A stretch of 59,288 nucleotides of DNA, counting the filler, from Sphacelaria rigidula (taxonomy: Eukaryota): assembly GCA_964200075.2 (NCBI GenBank). It is 9 parts of 9 records of this genome, joined end to end, with 100 filler letters (N's around TTAATTAATTAA, not from the genome) between each part and the next. Parts side by side here need not be neighbours in the genome. Positions count along the whole stretch, not along the records: positions 46,193 to 52,690 come from CAXNAA020019720.1; positions 52,791 to 59,288 come from CAXNAA020019721.1; 7 more parts are not named here. The stretch is one strand, 5' to 3'. The translations under genes were made by a program, and so were the position numbers. The first letter of the stretch is position 1. Each line of letters starts with the position of its first letter. This document shows, piece by piece, positions 49,721 through 59,288 of the stretch. Under the pieces are notes generated by a model. It did not search any database, was not told the DNA's origin, and saw only the letters and a program-made list of their open reading frames with translations.

Positions 49721-50109
49721 GAGCCTGGATCCGTTTTTGAGGTTCAACAATTTAATGAGTTTCAACTCGAAAACAGTGCTTTCCCTGACCTAAAGTCATG
49801 ACCGACGAATTACATATGGACGACCTCATCATGCCCCCCGACCCCCTTGAAACTATTTTCGGGGGTTGCCCGTCTTCCGTGCCCCCAAAGTGTATATGCG
49901 AAAGCACCGATATCGAAGCGAAAAGGTGCTTTCGTACATACGCTTTGGGGGCACGGAAGACAGGCAACTCACACAAATGGTTTTAAGGAGGTCGGGAGGC
50001 ATTAGGTCGTCCATGTGAATGTCATTGGTCATGACTTTAGGTCAGGAAAAGCACTGTTTTCGACTTGAAACTCATTGAAATGTTGAACCTCGAAAACGGA
50101 TCCAGGCTG
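49721..50109. mobile_element. Foldback MITE with ~135-bp TIRs
   Basis: AGCCTGGATCCGTTTT...GACCTAAAGTCATGACC is inverted at the right end. It sits among GATCGTCRGGCCGTCCCTC direct repeats. Confidence 0.85.
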
Positions 50110-52690
50110 TTGTGTATGGATCGTCAGGCCGTCCCTCAGAATTCGTTTACGGATCGTCGGGCCGTCCCTCATACTACACTGTTGTGTTCCCTTTTCGGAC
50201 AAAACCTGGAGCTAGCTGAAAATACAGTGCGGTGTTCGCATTCGGTAAGGGCCAACTGTTGGCGAACAGCCCGTGACGTTCCCACTTGCAGATGTGTCAT
50301 GTGATGGGGATTTGTAATATTCAGCGAACGTTCGAGTACGTTTTTGTGCTTCTTCCATGAGAGGCACATGCCAGATGATATAGATATTGCAGTGCTGAGT
50401 TGTTTCTGGTATGACCAACGAGTACGAGCAGTGTATATCTTGGGCTAATGAACGAACGCCCACATGATCAACTGTCAGCTGTATCGTTTCGGGACGCCAG
50501 TGCGTGATAGCCGCTATGCGTGATAGTCGCTATTTGTTTGTGACGTGGAAATACGTAAGTGTGGAACAATATTATGTACACGTGTTCAGAATTGAAGATT
50601 GAGTCCAGTGATTTTGAGTTGAGTTATGACTTTGAGTGAAGATATGTCTGGGGCAGGTCGACAGGCCGATGAAAACGTCCTTTTGCAGCACTCTCTCATC
50701 GCCCCAAGGCTCCAGCAGTAAAGAAGAGGACTAATCAACACTTCGCCCAGTGCCTGATAGACTTCAACTACCCCTTTCTGTGGTGATTGGACCTCAGGAT
50801 CAAGGAGACTATAAGTGCGTCTCCCCTGAGTGTACCATTTCCCCCCCAAAGGCTATGACATTATACATCGGTAGTGCACTCGCTGGGATATTCGTCATCA
50901 TTTGTGACACACAGACGGTGCAGTTGGGATTGTTTTCATGTATATTTTAGTATAGGACAAATCGGAACAGAAACAAGTCACTACCTATGTAAACATTATA
51001 TATATATATCCAACTGCTCCGTCTGTGGGTCACATACGATTTTTTTCATATATATTTTAGTATAGGACAATAGGAACAGAAACAAGTGCACTGTCTATCT
51101 ATGTACAATGCCATAGTCTTTGTTTCCCCCTGCCCTATGCACATTGCTCTTGGTACATGTCTGATTGAATAGCTCCCGCCAGTTGAAAGTACATCAGCTT
51201 CAGCAAGCATTATTACCATTGAAAAGGCATGTGATCATTTGGATTTCGTCATTACCTTCTTGCCCTTGGCAGCTACGGTGATTGTCATTTACTCCATCAC
51301 TTGACAGATGGAACATACTCAAACCCACCAAGGAAAATGAACTGAATTCAACAAGCAAAAGCAAACCACTTAAACTGAAACTGGAGGGTAGTCAAGCTAC
51401 TCGAGAGGGTGAGCCCGAAACTTGAACTATAGACGGCCCCGTCCTCCACGAAAGGCGTGGAAAAGAATTCATAAAAATCGGGAGATGGTAAAGGTAATGA
51501 ATCCTACCAAGAGGCTTAGCCAGAGATTTGACGCGTATATCGGTCATGAAACTGTGCTGTATGTGATGAGTAGAAGAAGGAAGATCTGGCCTGGGTGTGG
51601 CATGATAGTAAGGAACGCGGACGTTAAGAGCGCGTAATGGATGAAACACACTGAATTTCGTTCCACGTATTCAAAGTTTGAAGAACGCGAAAGACCCGAA
51701 TGTGTCACATTGTCATATAGAGGGAGTTAGCTAATGCAGTGGCTGGGGTCTATCAGTATGAGTGCCGGGAGATACCATGGTGTCAGCCTCACCAAGCTCC
51801 CACGTGGGCAAACTCACACAGACCTAGCTATCCTCCCTTGACTTATCACAATGTAGATTCATTCAAGTTCAGACTCTTGATAAGGAACTCACGTGTGTGC
51901 TTAGCATCATGTCTTATCTACAAGCAGCTCTCTTACTCAGTACAGCCGCGGGGCAGCCATAGAAGCAGAGCGTAGTGATGGCCCAGGGTAGACCACGGCA
52001 AGGGCAGCAACTGATCAAGAAGGGGGACCGCTGCGTGCGGCCGCGGCTAAACAACCCTAACTTATGACAGTAGCAAACGCGATAACAACGCGTTACGGAA
52101 TCCAGGGTCTACGAGCAGACCCGCACAGAGTATATCTTGCAACGCCTCTGAGCTTCATCACACTACTACTGGAGGCTTTTGTTCAAGAAGCGAACAGTTT
52201 ATCCATTGAACTAGTGAGCGCTCACTAGTTCAATTGATAAACTGTTCGCTTCTTGAACAGCAGGGTCCAATGTTGCCATTCAACACGCGAGGCCAAACAA
52301 AAATGAAGCCACACTCTGGAACCGAGAGTATACCTCGAGATTGCGATAAGAATGAATGGCATGGTTATATCCATGTACCTCCAGGGGGGCGGCCAGCTAT
52401 GTATAAATATACTTGGCATATCAAGAAAAGCGCCACATGACAACACCCCACCTCGCGGGAGTGGTGCATGAATTGCAGGAATTAGTTAGAAAAAGTCATG
52501 GGGACATGGTGGGGATTCCTACCACCTCCTCCATGTTCAGTCTATTACATACTCGTATCCCGCTACAGTAGTTAGCGTCTGATATTTTCAAGATCCGTAG
52601 TTTTTGAATTTTATACTGAAAATAGAGAGAAGTCGTGATTCCGCCGCTTTTTTTCATCATGTTTCAGCCAACATCGCGTGCATGCCAGCA

Positions 52691-52790
52691 NNNNNNNNNN
52701 NNNNNNNNNNNNNNNNNNNNNNNNNNNNNNNNNNTTAATTAATTAANNNNNNNNNNNNNNNNNNNNNNNNNNNNNNNNNNNNNNNNNNNN
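52691..52790. other. Artificial contig linker
   Basis: N44-TTAATTAATTAA-N44. Confidence 0.98.
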
Positions 52791-52865
52791 CATTTGTTGC
52801 TTGCCTTAGTCGTGTGACCATTGACCACGCATCCCTTTCGAGACGTAGCACCGCTCCTACTCCTG
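52791..52865 (-). mobile_element. Extreme 3' tip of LINE ORF2
   Basis: RSRSGATSRKGCVVNGHTTKASNK, matching 23730-23805. Confidence 0.7.
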
Positions 52866-52879
52866 GGTAGTGTGGGGGG

Positions 52880-53595
52880 GAAAGTATCTCCGTCGCAGCT
52901 GGTGTGAAGCTTGAAGAGTTCGATGTAAAGCAAGCCACGAGATTTCCGTTTCTGGAGTTTGCTGGGTAGCTGATGTGGCTGGCAACTCAAACAAGGCCAA
53001 ACATTTCGAGCGCAGTGCGTGCCGTAGCGAGGTACTGCGCCTCACCTCAAGTCACGCATTGGCGTGCTCTCCTTGATATTTTGGGATACGTGGAGCGAAG
53101 GAGTTCGCTGGGGATCACTTCTCGTGAAGATAGCATGGAGAGCTCGAGCTAGGAGGTGTTTGCTGATGCCGACTACGCGAGTGAGGCAGCTGATAGACGG
53201 TTTGTGTAAGGGGGACAACAATGCGTGGAGGTGAGTGTCTCCGTTTTCTAGGACGCAGAAGTGCGTGACGCAGTCTATAACGGAGGCAGAGTCAGTTGTG
53301 ATGGTAGACATCGAGGAGAGGTTGGTCTTGAGGCAGGTTTGGCGTTTCATGTTGCCGCAGGTCGGAATGCCGTGCATCTCTGTGTTTCAGGATAATCAGG
53401 GAGCTAATCAGCTTGCACAGATTCCCACCACGCACTCCAACTCCAGGCATTTTGACGTGCAGCACCATTCTATCGGAGAGTGTGTAGCAAGGAATGAGCC
53501 GTGTAGCATCGGAGTTTCAGCGTGCAGACTTTTTGAGGAAGGTATTGCCGAAGTATTTTGCGTTTTATCGTGAGTTCGTCACGAGTATTGTGCGA
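52880..53595 (+). pseudogene. Ty1/copia RT C-terminus and RNase H remnant
   Basis: LMWLATQTRPNISSAVRAVARY...HWRA, FADADYA, SRTQKCVT.S.TEAE, FQDNQGA, SRHFDVQHH, QRADFLRK. Contains stops and frameshifts. Confidence 0.9.
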
Positions 53596-53739
53596 ACTCT
53601 CTTCTTATGTTGGTTGATTCGATTTGACTCGATTCGATTCGATTCGATTCGATATAATTTTGGGATCATTTTTTCATCTGGAGAAGAAGTGGTACGAGAC
53701 TACTACTGCGAAGTCTCATTCTGCAGTGTCTATATCCCT

Positions 53740-55250
53740 GCAATCGATGTCACCGAACAGATGCCGGAGTAAGCACCGCTTGCGGCCACGCTTTCAGTGG
53801 AAGAAGTGAAGGAAACAGTGGGCAAACTGGCAAACAGCAAGACCGTTAGAACTGACAAGCTGTGTGGCGAACTATTGCAACTAGGCCTCACCGAGGACTC
53901 TTGCCATACTGAAGTGCTTCCACAACATCGTGCTCACAGTGTGGCATCAGGAATTAGCACCCCAGGAATGGCAAGACCATCGTTGAAGAAACAGGATCCG
54001 CACGAATGCGGTAAGTACCGCGGTATTTCACTAGGGACCCACGCGAGCAAGGAAGTTCTCAAGATAGCTGCACTTCGCTTCATCGCTTACTGCGAGTGGA
54101 AGGGGAACCTACCAGAAGCTCAAGGCGGCTTCCGACCCCGCCGGTCGACAGTCGACAGTATGTGCGTTGTGCGCAGACTTCACAAACTGGCCAGAGAGAA
54201 GAATCTTGCACTCTTGGATGAGTTTCATTGACCTCCAGAAGGCGTTACGACTCAGTCAACCGCTCTCTTCTCCGGAAGGTGCTAGCACGATACGGCATCC
54301 CCGCTAAGATGACACCCATTGTCCACAAGTTCCCCGACGGCATACGGGCATGCATATGCCTCGACAACGGCGAGACGTCTGAGTGATTTGACGTCAGCAA
54401 GGGCCTGCGTCAAAGCTGTGTGATTTTCCCTGGTTTATTCACCATCATTTTTGCGGCGGTGATTACGGTGACGTTCGATCGCCGCTCGATCAATAAAGCG
54501 GTGACGAAGGACTTCATTCGCATCACTGTATAAGTGTGGGAGAACCAGAAACGAACTTGGCCAAGTTCTTCGGGTCATGCTATACGCCGACGATGCTGGC
54601 ATCGTCTCGCGATCTCAGCTAAGCCTGGCAACGATGATGACGGCCATCGCCGACGTTTATGCGGCGTTAGGTCTCATCGTGACAATAATAGAAGGCGCAA
54701 ACCATGCACATACGCTCCCCAAACATGACGGATGTGATTGACGTGGAGGCGCAGGCTGAAGGTACAGGCAAGTAGAAACTTCCATCTTTCTCGGCGACAA
54801 AATCATTAGCATCGGCGATGTTATTCCTGAGGTCAATAGTCGCCCCGGAGAGGCATGAAGGTGCTAAACAAGTATAGCAGAGCGGTATACGACAAACCGC
54901 ACATTGCCCTGGCTGACACGGTTCGTCTCCTGCAGGCAGAAGTGATCGAGGTCATACAATACGGCCACGTGACCTGGATGATCGCGCCAAACAAGTTCGC
55001 CACGTTGCGGAAAGCCCCCCTGGGTTCCCGTTGAGGTGCCTCAACAAGCATACCTCAACCCGTAGCGCTCGCGACTACCACATGCAGCCACACCGCCAGC
55101 CTGCGCATGCATCAAGGCTGCCGTGATAAGGTGATCTCCTACACGCCTGTCACACGGTGAGTATGCACGACGAACGCCTCCCCAATATCGCCATGCGTGA
55201 AGAAATGCTCGGAGGGAAGAGGAACGAAGGCTGACCCGCCTGCAACAGTG
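53740..55250 (+). pseudogene. Decayed RTE-like LINE reverse transcriptase
   Basis: ECGKYRGISL, LPEAQGGFRPRRSTVD, FIDLQK, GLRQ, MLYADDAGIVSRS. Multiple frameshifts. Confidence 0.9.
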
Positions 55251-56034
55251 TCACGGAGTAGTATCCGGATTCCGGAATAGACGCGACATCGTCGACACAG
55301 GTTACTCAAGATACTTCCGAGTCTACTGATGTAGTTTTTCGTAGATGGTTAAGGTATCAATCGTGTGACGGTCTTTTGGATGAAGTATGGGATGATCACG
55401 GCAGAAGGGGACGTTTTTTGGATCGGGGAATTACCATGCCCCGAGGTCGCGCGTGTTCCATTTAGGTGGAGCACATGCCCTTCCCTTCCTCCACTTGTCT
55501 TCTTCATAGATGATTTCCATTCTCTAGTCGAGGCTGATCTTGGTCTCTCTACGTTTCCCCAACACGCGAAGCTACCCATGTTCGGAGCACCCCATTAGAC
55601 CTACCTTTATGACCGCAATAAATTGCACCCCGAATGTCAGATCCATCGAAATCACTACTCGGGGTCCTATTTGGTTTCACATGGTCAGCTGAAGACTGTT
55701 CATCTTGGTTGCGCTAAGAATCGTCAAAGCCACCGGGCATACTTGCAGCCGCCGCCGAACGGAAATACTCCGCTTCAATTCGGCAACTCCAAGACGGTAC
55801 AGGTGGTCCCTTAGACGAGCAGAAAGAAGCATCAGGACAAATACGACAAACGTCAAACTCGGTACGTACACGTACAACTTACCAGGAGAACAAGCAGGGT
55901 GCCCTCGATTTACGTTGTGCTTCGGGAGAGGGTGGGGGTCACGGGAAAGGAAAAAAGGCTCTTCCTGCAGTTTGGATTTGGCTGTGTTGTGGAAGCGACA
56001 GCAGCAAAGCCGAGGCTGTCGAGGCGCTTCTGTA

Positions 56035-56500
56035 CGGATGCGTCACATGGACCCCTCTCAACACCCATTACAATCTACTGCGCACAGCCCACCACGCGTT
56101 GCTCAGGGGCTGTCTTGGATGGCACAAGCGCAATCGCACAGACCGCGTTCTGTCACACCGAGAGACCCGCGCGAGGACAGGATGCGAAATCATCGAGACG
56201 GCGGTGAGGACGAGGAGACTCCACTTCGCCGGTTTCGTCACGCACACATCACCCGAACGGATACCGAAACATGTCATGTTTGGTGAAATAATAGTCGTAA
56301 AGGGGCAAGAACGAGATTTCAACGGCAGGCACAAGGACTGGATCTGCTGCCTAGCGAAAGACATGAAGGCAATCGGTATCGAATGGCAGGGATGGGCTAC
56401 AAGAGCCTTGGATGCAGTAGAGTGGCACAGCTGAGTTGAACGGGGAGCAGAAAGGTTTATGGCGAACTGGTGCCAAAAGGATGACGCAGAGACAGCGATA
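56035..56500 (+). pseudogene. C-terminal part of an RTE-like LINE ORF
   Basis: IETAVRTRRLHFAGFV...ERIPKHVMFGE...KDWICCLAKDMKAIGI...W, the RTE C-terminal signature. Confidence 0.8.
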
Positions 56501-57777
56501 AGGCACGCGAAAGCTCCATGCCAAGATGCACAAACGGCACCTGGGACCGACAGCACCAACACCAACTCGTCATAGCCTACGCCAGATACGTAGAGCATTG
56601 TGTATGGTTCTCGTCTCTGATTTGCTCACGACTTCTTCCTGGTCGTTCCTTGTCTGCTTTTTCGTTTAGTCTGTGCCCCCCCCCCCACCTGCCCTCCCGG
56701 CTTCGTTGCCCGGTGCTTGAACCCTGTGTGAAGCAACCANNNNNNNNNNTCTCCGCCTCTTTTCGCCCCCCTTCTTCCCGGCTAGCTCCTGTTCTTTTTT
56801 CTCTTTTGTTTCGTCCCCCCCCCCCCCCCCCCACCCCCCGGAAACGGGCACAATGGTCGAACGACTAAGGCAAGCAACAAATGAGTACGCCCCGGAAACG
56901 AATCTGACTCTATCTTGTTGTCTTTTCTATTCCTTTCCCTACGTTTTATTCTTCTACTTTTTCTTTTCTTTTTCTGAACACGAGCTGGATTGTTGCCTTC
57001 AGCTACGTAATGCGGGATAAGCATCTCGTTGTGTTGTTTGTGTTTATGTTTGTGTTTGCGTGTGTATTGTTGCTATTGCTGTTGCTGCTTCTTTCTTTCC
57101 TTTCTGTGGCTGTTGCTTCTGTCTTTTTCTGTTATTTTCCTTCTTTCTCATTCTGTTTTTTTTTTGCTGCTCCTAAACACGGGCTGGATTGTTGCAATCA
57201 GCTGGTGTGAGATAATCCATCAATCATTCAATCACTCAAGTAGCACCCGCAGCTGCTGTGTGATCTAGGCTACCGCCGCGGAGCCGTGAGCACATCGGTC
57301 GCCACACTGGCCCAACGACGCTAGTCTGTGATCGGCGTGCAGACAGATGGGGCGAAGGCAACGGTCACCGCCAGCGTGGGCACAGCGTAGCCATACTGTC
57401 TGTGGACCACAACAGAAAAAAGTGGACAATAACACGACGAAGTACCGCAAAAAGATGGTGACAAACCCCCGGATGGTGCATGGCTGTAAAGACAGGTCGA
57501 CACTGAATGAAAAGGACCCACACCCACGGTCGCGGGAACGGCTGTTTTGTACACCAAAATCAAAACGGTAACCATCACGCGGGCGAGCGCCCGAACACGT
57601 GGGTAGGCGCTCCAAACTTGGTATAAAAACAGCTATACGAGGGAAGGTTTCCGGAACTGTTTTCGTCGAGAAAAGTTGTCCGGCAAAGGGTCACTGCCGG
57701 ATTTTTTTCAGTCTACGGCCAAGAAGAAGCAGGTTTATGCATGACGTATACAGTAATTAACGGTTTGAATTCCGAAA

Positions 57778-58131
57778 GCCGGTCGCCCCGGTGGCTCAGT
57801 TGGTAACCTCGAAACCGTCTGACCGTTGGGACGTGGGTTCGAATCTGGGCATAGTTCGACGGTCTGAGATTCCTTTCACATCATGCCCAACAACAGTAGA
57901 CTGCCACCACGTCGTAGCTATACCAAAGTCGACTTCACGGTCGACGAGTGGAAAGGGACCGCTGAACCCTTCTCGCGATAAAAGGTAGTAAATCAAGGCG
58001 GAGTAGTAGAGCGGAGTAGTAGGGCAATATATATATATATGTATATATGACCTCCCTCCTGTGTGACCCCGGCTGATTCGCCCAGAAACGTGTAGACTGG
58101 CGTCCAGAATAGACGGGATGGCAACACACAC
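57778..58131 (+). mobile_element. tRNA-derived SINE copy
   Basis: A box TGGCTCAGTTGG, B box GGTTCGAATC, conserved body and CA-repeat tail. No tRNA acceptor stem closes. Confidence 0.8.
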
Positions 58132-58956
58132 TACTCACAAGAGGGGAACATCTGAATCATCTTCAGGTTTTGCGTTCAATATCGCTGAGACTTTGGGGGA
58201 AGCCTACGGACACATGAACGATGACCATAGCTTGCCAGCGCACCCAGGATGTTCGCAACATTTGGTGTGGTCATCGGAGTACAGTGTCTTGTCCCTCGAT
58301 GTACCCTTGGCAAGGACAGTCATCACGCCATCACGGACCATCCCCGCATAACCATTCGTTGTAAATGGACGTCATCGACAGTTCCAAGCTCTAGCTTTGG
58401 AAGAGGCATCTGAACTCTGCTAGGTGCGTGCGGGAAGCGACAGGTATTTCCCAACTTCGCGTGGGTCCTCCAACCACAGCGGACAATACAAGCAGCAAGG
58501 TGACTGCCTGTCGCCGCTATTGCGTGCTTTCAAACGTTTCACCCATGTAAGCGATCGCACATCGTTCGCTTCGCGGCACCGCCAAACACATGGTCAGAGG
58601 CGAGCTCAACGGCCCCTTAACTTGGGGTAATTTCGAGCTTTCTCACAACGTTCAATTGCCACGCTGGTGTCCAGTTACCTAGTCCTGCGCCAAAATTAAA
58701 AAATAGCATTTTTTAAAACATAATATGAGCCCTTTCATCCTCTCGCGCAATGTTGCAACGCCCAACCCCAGATCTAGACACATGGGCTTGTTGATTGTGG
58801 TTTGCATGACGTGTGACCGAAGTTTCAGCGTCTTGCAGCGACGACAGCGCGCGTAGTACGACCGTGCCTCCCGCGCTGAGCATCTCTACAGGCGATACCG
58901 GAACGACTCTTCTACAAATTGTCATTATCAAGAGGGTGTGTCGATTTTGATCCATG

Positions 58957-59288
58957 CAGTGTTACGCCGGGGGTTAGTGTCACGTTTCCCACCACCACCC
59001 CCAAAATGAAGACGCGGCGGAGTCCAAGAAGTATACAGAAGATAATAGAGCAACTAAAGCGATACACGGCTGTAGTATGTATCTGGAGCTACCTTCTCAT
59101 CCCAGTCCGGCTCGATTCCACCCGGTACAGCTCACAAACCAGCGATGGATGTCCCTAAAAAAAGTACTGCTTTTTTGTACAAGGGAGAAAGTCATTTTCC
59201 AACATATCCGTCCTTTACGCATCATAAGATTACTCACCGCTGACGGACGTCACGAAGCCGAAACTCTACAGGCAGGTACTACTGGACA
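58957..59288 (+). mobile_element. hAT-like non-autonomous element (left part)
   Basis: Near-identical start to 45863-46092. Confidence 0.7.

Noticed and set aside
57778..57850. Functional tRNA gene
   Set aside because: A and B boxes are present, but the cloverleaf does not close and the sequence continues into a repeated SINE body.

Overview
Eukaryotic, repeat-rich DNA, most consistent with a brown alga (Phaeophyceae). This is inferred from the gene families, AC-rich intron acceptors, TTAGGG repeats and TE types. The window is not one locus. It consists of nine unrelated contigs of 6500-6498 bp, sorted by decreasing length and joined by artificial 100-nt linkers (N44-TTAATTAATTAA-N44), so adjacency across linkers has no meaning. 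Host-gene content is limited to four fragments: three 3' exons of a GT8/glycogenin-like glycosyltransferase (4266-6062, minus), a signal-peptide exon (396-642, minus), a basic terminal exon (28391-28702, plus) and one 81-nt Pmp-like (GGAI/FxxN) repeat exon (49095-49175, minus). The rest is mostly decayed transposable elements: Ty1/copia remnants (one with LTR, PBS and gag), LINE RT fragments, a tRNA-derived SINE family and many non-autonomous TIR elements, several nested or tandem. I found no convincing new multi-gene system. The best candidates for follow-up are a MITE family carrying internal telomeric repeats, a ~33-bp TTAA-flanked micro-element, TTAA-linked MITE chains and a ~290-nt foldback that could be a miRNA precursor. 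All family assignments come from motif recognition by eye, not from database searches.
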